Positions 9,034 to 19,000 of a stretch of DNA of 64,000 bases are shown one piece after another. Within the stretch, counting starts at the first letter, position 1. Each line of letters opens with the position of its first letter. The translations under genes were made by a program, and so were the position numbers. The stretch lies in assembly GCA_903896505.1 (NCBI GenBank), contig CAITXU010000203.1, forward strand, positions 6,659 to 70,658, written 5' to 3'. The notes beneath the pieces are model-generated. The model saw only the letters and a list, made by a program, of their open reading frames with translations, was not told the origin of the DNA and searched no databases. Origin of the DNA: an uncultured Verrucomicrobiota bacterium (lineage in GTDB: Bacteria > Verrucomicrobiota > Verrucomicrobiia > Limisphaerales > UBA9464).

Positions 9034-10430
9034 GCAGGATTTCGATTTTCATCGCATGCCTCCTTGCTCTGGTGGTCGGATGTTCATTTGCGCCGAAGTA
9101 TGAGAAGCCCGTTGCACCGGTCGCTGCCGCCTGGCCCGGACGCGCCGCCTCCAGCGGTGCCATCCCCGGCGATCCGTCGGAAATCGATTGGCACGATTTC
9201 TTTGATGATCCCCGCCTGCGTGCCCTGATTGGACTTGCCCTGACCAACGACCGCGAACTCAGGATTTCCGCTCTGCGGGTGGAGCAGGCCCGGGCCCGAT
9301 ATCGAATTCAACGGGCGGACCTCTTTCCCACAATCGACGGCAGCGCGAGTGGCAGTCGGCAAAAGTTCTCCGGCGCGATTTCTGCCTTCGATGGCGGCAA
9401 CGTCGTCACCATTTACGACATCCATTTGAGCGCGTCGTACGAACTGGATCTTTTTGGTCGGGTGAGAAGCCTCAAGACCGGGGCTCTGGAGAAGTATCTG
9501 GCGACAGAAGAGGCAAGTCGAAGCATCGAGATCGCTCTTGTATCCGAGGTCGCCTCTCAATACCTGACCCTGCAACAATACCGGGAAGCCAAGGCCATCG
9601 GCCAACAGACGCTGGATACCGTTGAGGCGTCGTACAACCTGAACAAGCACAGTTACGAGGCCGGGGTTGCTTCCGAACTCGAGTTGCAGGCGTCGTTGGC
9701 GCAGGTGCAGGCGGCGCGCGTAAGTATTGCCAACTACGCCCAACTGCTGGCCCAATCTGAAAACACTTTTGTGGAATTGGTCGGCGGTCCGCTCCCCGAA
9801 GACCTCCCGTCCGGGAAATCATTCCAACAGCAGCATCTATTGGCCTCCCTTCCCCCCGGGGTCCCCTCGGAGGTGTTGTTGCGCCGACCCGACATTCGGG
9901 CAGCTGAACACACTCTGTTGGCCGCCAACGCCGATATCGGTGCAGCAAGGGCTGCCCTCTATCCTCGTATCGTTCTTACCGGGGCTGTCGGTACCGCCAG
10001 TGCCTCCCTTTCAGACCTGTTCAGCGGCCCTTCGGCGACCTGGAGTTATTCCCCTCAAATCATCGTCCCGATTTTTCGCGGCGATGCCAGCCGAGCAGCT
10101 ATTGAGGTCTCCAAAATCGGAAAACAGATTGAGATCGCTAATTATGAAAAGGCCATCCAGGCCGCCTTTCGTGAGGTGGCCAACGCATTGGCCGTCCGTT
10201 CGATCCTGGATGAAAAGCTCACGGCCCAGGAGTTGTTGCTGGATGCCCAGCAAAAGCGGTTTGACCTCGCCAATGCCCGGTACCGGCAGGGAGTGGACAG
10301 CTACCTCGACGTGCTCCTCGCGCAACAAGACCTCTATATCGCCCGCCAGACGCTGCTGCAGTTCCAAGGGGCGCGCCTGCTCAACGCCGTCGCGCTGTAT
10401 CGCTCACTCGGCGGCGGATGGAAGAGGTGA
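9030..10430 (+). CDS. Efflux outer-membrane factor lipoprotein (NodT/OprM family)
   Basis: ATGA overlap with the RND stop. Lipobox 'LALVVGCSF'. 'WWDFFDDPRL'-type motif ('DWHDFFDDPRLRALI') and C-terminal 'ALYRSLGGGW' are typical of OMF proteins. Confidence 0.92.
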   Translation: MSRISIFIACLLALVVGCSFAPKYEKPVAPVAAAWPGRAASSGAIPGDPSEIDWHDFFDDPRLRALIGLALTNDRELRISALRVEQARARYRIQRADLFPTIDGSASGSRQKFSGAISAFDGGNVVTIYDIHLSASYELDLFGRVRSLKTGALEKYLATEEASRSIEIALVSEVASQYLTLQQYREAKAIGQQTLDTVEASYNLNKHSYEAGVASELELQASLAQVQAARVSIANYAQLLAQSENTFVELVGGPLPEDLPSGKSFQQQHLLASLPPGVPSEVLLRRPDIRAAEHTLLAANADIGAARAALYPRIVLTGAVGTASASLSDLFSGPSATWSYSPQIIVPIFRGDASRAAIEVSKIGKQIEIANYEKAIQAAFREVANALAVRSILDEKLTAQELLLDAQQKRFDLANARYRQGVDSYLDVLLAQQDLYIARQTLLQFQGARLLNAVALYRSLGGGWKR

Positions 10431-10789
10431 GCGAGTTCAATCGGGATTATAGCGCGGCCATTGGTCAGAGGATGGTGGCGAATCGGGAGCAAAACCTGTG
10501 ATGCGGAAAACGGCGGTGGAAAGCATTGGGAGACGGGTGCAATCGGAAGCGATCCGAACCACCGCGGCTCGTAGCCGTCCGTCCGTCAGGCGGCGCTGAT
10601 CGATCGGGAGTTGGCATCCCAGGAATAGACTGGCGGCGTTTCGCTGGTCAGTGTCGCCGTGTTATAGGGCAACAGAGTCGCCGATCCGCCGAACATCGGG
10701 TTCCGGTTGAGTAAAGTTTGCGCCGTCTGACGAACGGCGGTTACGACTTCCAGGCGATGGCAGTTGCCAAACCTCCGGCGATTCGAACC

Positions 10790-13231
10790 TCATCCAGTAC
10801 TCTTCATGCCCGAGGCCACCCCTTTGACCGTGAGGGCCAGTAACCGACGCAAGTGCTCGGTGCGCTGAGCCTCACTGGCCTTCCGCCAGACCGACAGATA
10901 CCGAATCTGCAAATAGTTGAGCGGGTCCACATACGGATTCCGAAGACGGATGGATTGAGCCAGCGTGGGCTGGTTTTCCAGGAGTTCCTTGCGCTCATTG
11001 ATGGACAACACCAATTCAACAGAACGAACGTATTCCTGTTCGATCAGACCAAAAATCTTTGTTCGCACAGCATTGGATTCCACCAGCGCGGCGTACTGAC
11101 GCGCGATGCCCAGGTCCGTCTTGGCGAGGGAGACTTCGGCGTTATCCAACAGCGTTCGGAAAAACGGCCACCGGCGATACATCGTTCGAAGTTGATCGAG
11201 ACCGTCGGGCGCGTGTTCGGAAAAATCCTTGAGAGCCGTGCCGACACCATACCATGCGGAAATCAAATGCCGCGATTGCGTCCAGGAAAAGACCCACGGG
11301 ATCGCCCGCAATTGGCGGATGTCCGCCGTGGCGGCACGCCGGGATGGACGCGAGCCGAGCCGCAGGTGTTCGATGAGATCAATGGGCGTTGCCTGCCAGA
11401 AATATTCCGCAAACTCCGGCGTCTCGTAGACAAGCTTTTGGTAGTGAGCAAAAGAACTCCTGGCCAGCCAACCTGCGTTCGCCTCCCATTTCGGCAATTC
11501 GGCGGTTTCGGCCTCGGGAAGACATTGCACTGCAATGACAGCCGAAGTGAGCTGCTCCAGATTGCGCTGCGCAATCACCGGATTGGAGTACTTCAACGAG
11601 ATGACTTCACCCTGTTCGGTGATGCGGAGGCGGCCGCCGTGGGCGGCATGTGGTTGCGCGCGTAAGCTGCGATAACTTGAACCGCCGCCCCGGTCAATCG
11701 TACCGCCTTTGCCGTGGAAAAAGCGAAGCCTCACACCGACCTCATCCGCAACGCGCGACATCTCCTTTTGCGCACGGTACAAAAACCAATTGGCCGCAAG
11801 GTAGCCCCCGTCTTTGTTGGAATCTGAGTAGCCGACCATCACCTCCTGGACACGCCCGCGGGCTTTGAGATGCCGCCGGTATTCCACGTTCGACCACAGG
11901 TCGCCCAGAATCTTTGACGAATTCTCCAAATCCTCAATGGTCTCAAACAACGGCACGAGGTCGATGTCATAAACACCTGCCAGCTTTGAGAGTCTGTAAA
12001 GCCGTAGGATATCGTCCGCACTCCGGGTCATGCTGACGATGAAATGGCTCGCGGCCTGTGCGCCGTACTTCTTTTGAATGTCGCGGATGGCGAGGAGCTC
12101 ATCGATCAATTCCGACTCGGAGTGATCGAGCTTGCCACTGTGATCACGAAAATCCAGTTCTGCCAGGTGGACTCCGAACGTCCTCGCTTGAATCAATAAT
12201 CGGCGGATGCGGCCGTTGGCAGCACGAGTGGCCTTTTGGTTCAACAGTCCCTGGCGAATCTCCTCAAGGGTCTCGATGAATTCGACATGGTTGTGCTTCC
12301 CTTCGGCCAATTTGCGACGGAGCGTACCAATCTGGGTGCGAAATTTCTCGTAGGGTTGGTAGGTCTGGGAGGTTTGCGCCCGGTTGTGGGGCACGGATAA
12401 ATCCTCATTCGCATCGGCGTGGGTGATTTCGCGGCTCAAGGCCAGACATTCCCGCTGGTAAAATTCCATCACCGCATCGTGTTGCCGCTGCAATGCGGTC
12501 CGGCTGATGTCCGGCGTGACAAACGGATTGCCATCCCGATCTCCACCCGCCCAATTCGCGAAGGTCAGGAATTGTCGCGTGCGTTTGACGCTGGGAAAAT
12601 TCCGGGCGAGTTCCCCATCAAACGTTTCGTAAAAATTGGCTGCCGTCTCAAAAATCGTGCGGTTGAAGTAATACAGGGCCGTTTCCACCTCGTGAAGGGG
12701 ACCGATCTTTTGTTCACGGATTTCCTCCGTCTGCCAAAGGGCCTCCAGGACCTCATCGGGGTCATCCCATTGTTGGGTGAGTCGTGCGAGTTGATTCAAA
12801 ACCGCACGACGCTTCGCCTCCGTCGGGTGGGCCGTCAGCACCGGTTCGATCTCCAGTTCATTCAAGACTGTTTGCAACCGCTCTTCGGTGACGCCTGATT
12901 TCTTCAATTCGAGGAACAAATTCCGGAGCGACATCGGCGCAATGGCCTTGGAGGTCAGATGGCGTTCGCGGGCCCGCTCCTCGCAAAGATTGACCAACTG
13001 AAAATAGAGGCTGAAGGCATGGGCGAGTTGATGGGCTTCGTGGATGTTGAGCCGATCGAGCAACTGGTGCTTGGTTTGTCGACTCGCTTCGCTGCCGAAA
13101 TGCCGAGCCCGTTTCGAAAGCTTCCGGACCTTGTCCAGATGGTTGAACACGCTTTCCCCGGCCTGTTCCGAGATGATTTTGTCCAGCCGCGCGGTCAGTT
13201 GCCTGATCTCTTTTTTGAGAAGGATGCTCAT
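10790..13231 (-). CDS. ppc: Phosphoenolpyruvate carboxylase
   Basis: 'LTAHPTEAKR', 'VMVGYSDSNKDGGYLAANW', 'FHGKGGTIDRGGG' and the C-terminal '...GMKSTG' are the canonical PEPC motifs. 813 aa. Confidence 0.97.
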   Translation of the reverse strand: MSILLKKEIRQLTARLDKIISEQAGESVFNHLDKVRKLSKRARHFGSEASRQTKHQLLDRLNIHEAHQLAHAFSLYFQLVNLCEERARERHLTSKAIAPMSLRNLFLELKKSGVTEERLQTVLNELEIEPVLTAHPTEAKRRAVLNQLARLTQQWDDPDEVLEALWQTEEIREQKIGPLHEVETALYYFNRTIFETAANFYETFDGELARNFPSVKRTRQFLTFANWAGGDRDGNPFVTPDISRTALQRQHDAVMEFYQRECLALSREITHADANEDLSVPHNRAQTSQTYQPYEKFRTQIGTLRRKLAEGKHNHVEFIETLEEIRQGLLNQKATRAANGRIRRLLIQARTFGVHLAELDFRDHSGKLDHSESELIDELLAIRDIQKKYGAQAASHFIVSMTRSADDILRLYRLSKLAGVYDIDLVPLFETIEDLENSSKILGDLWSNVEYRRHLKARGRVQEVMVGYSDSNKDGGYLAANWFLYRAQKEMSRVADEVGVRLRFFHGKGGTIDRGGGSSYRSLRAQPHAAHGGRLRITEQGEVISLKYSNPVIAQRNLEQLTSAVIAVQCLPEAETAELPKWEANAGWLARSSFAHYQKLVYETPEFAEYFWQATPIDLIEHLRLGSRPSRRAATADIRQLRAIPWVFSWTQSRHLISAWYGVGTALKDFSEHAPDGLDQLRTMYRRWPFFRTLLDNAEVSLAKTDLGIARQYAALVESNAVRTKIFGLIEQEYVRSVELVLSINERKELLENQPTLAQSIRLRNPYVDPLNYLQIRYLSVWRKASEAQRTEHLRRLLALTVKGVASGMKSTG

Positions 13232-13419
13232 TCGGAATGACGATTTGACTTCCTGTGGAAGTTGTTTGGCCGGGCAACGCTAGAATTGAATCCGAGGCGA
13301 GTCCATGGCAAAGAGTCGGCTTGTATTTCCAGCGAGTTCGGCTCTATTTGCGCCAGAATGATTCCATTCATGAAAGTTCTACTCGCGATCGGCTCCGGGT
13401 TCGTCCTGTGGGCGCTCTT

Positions 13420-13806
13420 GTGAGGCGATTCCGTTATTTTTGCGACGGGCTATTCCTGACCGCAGCGATTGGCTACGCAATCAATCGATGGGTGGTCAAG
13501 CCGCTTGTGGACTCAGCGTTTCTCCGGGGCCATTTCAATGACCTTTTGCTGATTCCGGCGGCGCTGCCGGTCATTCTATGGGTGCAGCGTCGTACGGGAC
13601 TTCGGTCCGATGATGGGATGCCTTCCTGGGCCGAAATCGCACTTCATCTGGTGGTTTGGTCGGTCATCTGCGAATTCGTCGGTCCGGTCTGGTTTCATCG
13701 GGGAACCGCAGACCTGTGGGACGTGGCGGCTTATGTCGCTGGCGGTTTGGTGGCCGGGATATGGTGGAATCATCGGCCGAAGGCCAAATCGGAGGCCGAA
13801 GGGTGA
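13420..13806 (+). CDS. Small integral membrane protein (unknown family)
   Basis: Hydrophobic segments 'GLFLTAAIGYAI', 'LLLIPAALPVILWV', 'IALHLVVWSVICEFV' and 'VAAYVAGGLVAGIWW'. The ORF opens at 13255. I chose GTG 13420 ('VRRFRYFCDG...') because the upstream part is non-hydrophobic and abuts the ppc start. The stop overlaps the next gene's GTG (GTGA). Confidence 0.55.
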   Translation: MRRFRYFCDGLFLTAAIGYAINRWVVKPLVDSAFLRGHFNDLLLIPAALPVILWVQRRTGLRSDDGMPSWAEIALHLVVWSVICEFVGPVWFHRGTADLWDVAAYVAGGLVAGIWWNHRPKAKSEAEG

Positions 13807-14447
13807 GTTTTGACAGGCTGGCACCTATTTACCGACCGATGGAGGCGGTATTGGCCGGTCGAATCATGCAACGGTGCCGGACCTCGTTCCTGGCTGAAGC
13901 GGTTGGGCGACGGCGGGCCTTGCTTGTTGGAGAGGGGCCGGGACGTCTCCTGGTCGAACTGTTGCGGACTGCCCCCGACATCGAAGTCACCGTGGTTGAG
14001 CAAAGTCCGGGGATGATACGGGAGGCAAAAAGTCGGATTGAGAAAAAGGGATTGCATGCCTGCCGTGTCGAGTTCCTGGCAGTGGATGCCTTAACTTGGA
14101 ATCCCTGCGTCCGAGGCTTTGATCTGATCGTGACACATTTTTTCCTCGACTGCTTCGGTCCGGTAGAACTCGAGAGCCTCATTGGTAAATTGGGTGATAG
14201 TGCCACCGACGATGCCCGTTGGCTTCTGGGAGACTTTTGTATTCCGAAGCGGGGCTGGCGACGTTTCCGCGCCCTGGCGATTCATGCCACCATGTATGCC
14301 TTCTTCCGGGCGGCAACCGGGCTTTCGGCCAGACGGCTGACGCCGCCGGATGATTTTCTGCGCAACGCCGGATTTCAACTTGTGGAACGCCGCCTTTTCA
14401 GTCTCGGCCTCATTCATTCGGACCAATGGGTGAGGCGTGCGCCGTGA
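13803..14447 (+). CDS. Class I SAM-dependent methyltransferase
   Basis: Motif I 'ALLVGEGPGRLLVELL', post-I 'VTVVEQSPGMI', and 'FDLIVTHFFLDCF'. The GTG at 13803 overlaps the upstream stop (GTGA). The ORF track opens it at 13656, inside the previous gene. Confidence 0.8.
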   Translation: MSFDRLAPIYRPMEAVLAGRIMQRCRTSFLAEAVGRRRALLVGEGPGRLLVELLRTAPDIEVTVVEQSPGMIREAKSRIEKKGLHACRVEFLAVDALTWNPCVRGFDLIVTHFFLDCFGPVELESLIGKLGDSATDDARWLLGDFCIPKRGWRRFRALAIHATMYAFFRAATGLSARRLTPPDDFLRNAGFQLVERRLFSLGLIHSDQWVRRAP

Positions 14448-14517
14448 AGGTGGAATGAGCAACGTAAGTAAACGGTGATGGTCGTCGTCGGTCCTCCGCT
14501 GACGGTTCGTCAATCAT

Positions 14518-15351
14518 TCAGAAAAACGATATATCGGTGCCGTACCCGGCCACCCAGCCCACTTGGGTGCTGGTAGGGTGGGTGTTGGGTATGTCGAATT
14601 GCTGCCTCCGCTTCCATGTGACACGACCGTCTCCGAACAATTGGTTTAGCCCGGGAAACGTGGTCAAATCCGCATGTCCAAGTTCGGAGGGGGTGTGGTT
14701 GAAATAGTATTGGTCATCACCACCCCAATGAAACAGGGTGTCGGACATCAGGAGACGGTCCGATAGCAACTCCCGCTGGGTCAATTCTACCGGGCGATTC
14801 ACCATCGTCGGATCAAAAAGATCGGCGCGTCCGTAATAGCTATAACCAATCGACACAAATCCCCAGGTGGCAGCCTGGTCTCGGATGGCGCTGATGGTGC
14901 GCGGTGGAGCGCTTGGACACCAAAAAATTCCCGAGACCGCGAGGGAATCGAAATTGCCGGGCTTGGCCGATACACCGGCCGTATAGGGAGCCAGCAGCTG
15001 AAAGCATATCTGGTCCGGCAGGTCCGGTCGAACGTTGCTGAACACATTGACAACCGAGGGTTGCCGGTAGATGCCGTCTGATGAGACGGTTTGCAGGACA
15101 ACTCCGTTAAAATCGTTTGCGTAGAGTGCGGTGCCCACGCCGAATTGATGAAGGTTGGAGGAGCACGCGGTTCGTCTTCCGCGCTCCCTGGCTTTGGCCA
15201 TTGCAGGTAGCAGCATCGACGCCAGCAACGCGATGATCGCCACGACCACCAGAAGCTCGATGAGTGTGAATCCCGCCGAATCCCGGTATGTGGCTTGAGA
15301 ACCATGAACGGAGGTTCCCCGCCGGTGGAGTCCAGCACATGGAAGGTTCAT
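14518..15351 (-). CDS. Prepilin-type N-terminal cleavage/methylation domain protein (pseudopilin-like, DUF1559-like C-terminus)
   Basis: '[41 protein letters not shown]' is the type IV pilin/pseudopilin N-terminal signature. The C-terminal 'NQLFGDGRV' is as in PVC DUF1559-type proteins. ATG at 15351; the ORF extends to 15399. Confidence 0.88.
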   Translation of the reverse strand: MNLPCAGLHRRGTSVHGSQATYRDSAGFTLIELLVVVAIIALLASMLLPAMAKARERGRRTACSSNLHQFGVGTALYANDFNGVVLQTVSSDGIYRQPSVVNVFSNVRPDLPDQICFQLLAPYTAGVSAKPGNFDSLAVSGIFWCPSAPPRTISAIRDQAATWGFVSIGYSYYGRADLFDPTMVNRPVELTQRELLSDRLLMSDTLFHWGGDDQYYFNHTPSELGHADLTTFPGLNQLFGDGRVTWKRRQQFDIPNTHPTSTQVGWVAGYGTDISFF

Positions 15352-15602
15352 ATCTGATTCGTTTCTCCGATGATTCAGCTGCCCGGTCAGTTCATCCAAA
15401 TAAGAGCTGAATCCTTTGGTTTGGCAAATACAGAATCAGCTCCATTGGGGCCTTTCAAAGGTGGGTTTGAAGCCAGCCCATTCTGGAACTCATGGGCCAT
15501 GCACGGCTCGGCAGGAGACCCCGACCATTGGAAACGGTGAAATAGGAGAAGGAACTTTTTGGGCAGTTCGGCGGCCATGCGACGTAGCACAGGCTTTCCA
15601 TC

Positions 15603-15991
15603 CTTCTAAATAACAGCTTTTGACCTCAACGGTTGATTCGTCTGCAACCTAATGAATCACAGTCACATCGGTAGGGCGAGGCTCCTGTCGAGCCGCGGCG
15701 GTCCGTTCCACGTCCGCATCGCAAGTTATACCCGGCCTGACCCCGGAGCGCCACGGGTGGGATGCTGCCGTACCGCAGGTTTCCAAACCTGCCGGGCCGA
15801 CGGGTTGACTCGGGGTCTTGGGACGGGGTCCCGCCCTGCCGACAAGAATGTCTGCGCTAAGGGTGAGAACACGCGGCCTTACGGATTTGCAGAGTGGCAG
15901 CGGCGTCCCGGCGATGGGTGCCCATGCGCGGAATAGGCATGATTCGGCCCACCCTGGGCTTTGCCGGAGCACCCATAAGGATGTCTTTGGA
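15603..15991 (-). repeat. Dispersed non-coding repeat, copy B (inverted relative to copy A at 61-398)
   Basis: See copy A. Copy B carries extra sequence in the less conserved half (~15840-15980). The conserved ends diverge right after 'ttatttRgaag' in both copies. ORFs 15649-15972(-) and 15652-15936(+) are translations of the repeat. Confidence 0.75.
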
Positions 15992-16065
15992 TGAAGTCAA
16001 ATTGGTCAGCTGGTGCCGATGGAATACGCTTGCAAAAAATCGGCGGATTGAGGACTGTCTACAAT

Positions 16066-19000
16066 ATGCTGGGCTCGGATTTGTGCGGTTTCTGGAGTTC
16101 GAACTGCGGACGCATCCTAAAGCGAGAATTGTTCGGAGCGGATGCTCTCAAGGGGATGGTTTTGCTGGCACTAATTATTTGGGCGGGAGTGGGTAAAACC
16201 TTGGCGGAAGGCTTTCGGATCACGGACGTCACGCGCATCGATGGTCGGGTCATCATCCACCATGAGTCCTCCTCCGAATACTATCATATCCTTGAGCGGA
16301 TGGATTTGCGGGCGGGAGTGGCCACTCCGATTGAACTGGAACCAGGCACACCCCTAACAGGTAGCCTTGGAGATCCAAACCCACCGTCCGCAGCTGGATA
16401 CTACCGGGTGCTGCGTGTCCCCAACGACAATCCTGGCGATATCGACCACGATGGGATTGATGACCTGTATGAGCGGAATCATCCTCCGCTGGATGCCTTC
16501 AATCCCAAGGATGCTGTGCAATTATCACCGATCACGGGACGGAAATACATCGATGATTATGAGCTCGATGGCTCCAATGTTGCGCTCTACCCCTACCTCG
16601 TTGGGCGGGGTATGCACGATGTGACCGGCCCCGCTGCCGATGGAGGGATGATGGGCTATGCTGAATCAAAACAAAAATCGGCGGGTCTCCACGATAGACA
16701 ATGGGCTCGTGCGTTCATCGTGGCCGGTCGCCAGCCCGGCGACAAGCGGGTCGCCTTTGTCGTCGTGGACACGGGGCAGCTTTTTCATTCCATCACACAG
16801 GGGGTTTTGGACCGAATTCAAGCCGACGACGAGCTCAAGGATTACTATTCCGCCGAGAACATCGTCCTGAGCGCAACCCATACTCATGGTGGGGCGGGTG
16901 GGCATTCCCATCATGTGCTGTACAACATTTCCATTGGTGGCTTCGCCTGGCAGACCTACGATGCCATCGTCCACGGTATTTACATGTCCATCAAAAAGGC
17001 GCACCGCGACCTCGCGCCAGGACGGATCGCGCTGAACGAGGGACATCTGGACAACGCCAACGAAAATCGGCAGGCCAAAGGCTTTCTTCAGAATATTGAG
17101 GTGACTCACCCCGACCTCGGTAACCCGTTCGGCAACGACAACCGGGACACCGAAATGCTCTGTTTGCGCTTTGAACACGTCAATCACCAGGAGATCGGGA
17201 TGTTGAATTGGTTTCCGGTTCATGGCGTTTCCTTTTCCAAGGACAACCATCTGTTGACCGGGGACAACAAGGGGCTTGCGGCCTATCTCTTTGAGCGGCA
17301 GATGGGAACCTACTACCCGGGCCACGGCAGCGAGACAAAGTCGTCCGGCTTTGTGGCGGGTTTCGCCAATTCAAACCCCGGGGATTTGACGGCAAATCGG
17401 AGGACCCTGGAGCCCGGTTGGCCTGCAAATGGCAAAGATGACGAGAGGAGGGCGACTCAGATCGGCACCCGCCAGTACGAAAAGTCCATGTCGCTCTACA
17501 AGGGAACGGAGGGGATTCCGGAACGGGTGTTCGGTTCCGTTGACTTTCGGCATGCCTACATCTCTTTTGCCGATTTGAAAGTCAATCCACCCAAGCTTTA
17601 CCCGTACAATGTCCCCGGGGTGGGGTTTGCCGGATCATCGTCAAAACCTCCCTGGCAAACCTACATCGGTGCCCTGGGTATCGATTTCGCCAAAGGGACT
17701 CTGGATGGTGAGGGAGCCTCGCAATTCTTTGTGGATGCCTTCCGATTGGTGACCGGGATTGTCACCGATCCTGCCACGGCTGAATTCTCCTACTATCATT
17801 ATCCGAAGGATATCGCGCTTACCACCGGAACCACGGCGATTGAAGGGATGACCTGGACTCCGCAGGTTCTGCCCGTCTCCATTCTTCGAATTGGAAATCT
17901 CGCCATCCTTGCGGTTCCGGGTGAATTCACCAGCATGGCTGGCTCCAGGCTTCGGAAGACGGTGGAGTCCATTTTAGGGCCGGACACGCATACGGTCATT
18001 GCAGGGCTCGCCAACGATTATTCGGGATACATCACCACCTACGAGGAATACTTCTATCAAAGTCCGGGTGAGACAGGGCTACTGGAGCAGGGCTACGAGG
18101 CCGGGTCCACCCAGTTTGGTGCCTTCACGCTGGCAGGCTACCAGACGAAGTTTACAGAATTAGCTCGGGCAATGGCTGCAGGTGATAAGGTGCGCACTCT
18201 TCCCATGCCCCGGACAGATCCTCCCGGTTTGTTTGTTTTGAAGGCTGCGGATCCCCTTCTGGATCTTCCGCCGTTGCCCCAGGCGCGTCCGGCAGAGTAC
18301 AAGGGGAAGGCGGGGTGTCCGGACGGCCAGTTCTGGGACATTTCCACCGGTTCGTGCTGGAGTTGCCCGGAGGGGTACAACCGAACAATCTTTGCCATCG
18401 ACGGCGCTACGGCCTGCGAAAAACCGGCCCAGTCGGTCTTTTCCTCCGCCACCGAGCATGGGCGGGCGGGATGTGGACCGGGCCAGTTTTTTGACATTTT
18501 TACCGGAGCGTGTTGGAGCTGTCCCGAAGGTTACAACCGAACTATTTTCCCTGTGGACGGGGGGGCGGCCTGCGAATTGCCGGCGCAGACGGTGAATGCC
18601 AGCGCCACCAAGCACGGTCAGGCAGGATGTGGTCCAGGTCAGTTCTTCGATCTTTTGACCGGGGCGTGCTGGAGTTGTCCGGACGGATATAACCGCACCA
18701 TCTTTCCCGTGGATGGGGCGGCAGCGTGTGAGAAACCGGCGCAGACGGTGAATGCTCGTGCCACCGAGCACGGGCAGGCGGGATGCGGGCCGGGCCAGTT
18801 CTTCGACATTTTCACCGGGGCGTGCTGGAGTTGTCCCGATGGGTATAACCGCACCATTTTTCCGGTGACTGGTGGGGCTGCGTGCGAAAAGCCCGCCTAC
18901 TCAGATTACGCCGCCGCTCTAAGCACCCGTGGAAGCGGCTTTTTCGGGACCGATTGCCCTGCGGGATACGTTTTTGATTTTATTCTCGGACGTTGCTACC

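Noticed and set aside
10526-10714. 62-aa ORF in the convergent gap between the OMF gene and ppc, and a weak hairpin 'cgccgtctgacgaacggcg' at 10721-10739
   Set aside because: The ORF translation is Arg/Gly-rich with no features. The hairpin has only a 6-bp stem and no convincing U-tract, so I do not call it a terminator.
398-15603. Inverted repeats bracketing 15 kb as a composite transposon or genomic island
   Set aside because: There is no transposase, integrase or tRNA, and no visible target-site duplication. The interval contains housekeeping ppc and has the same composition as its surroundings. I kept only the repeat/inversion-substrate interpretation.
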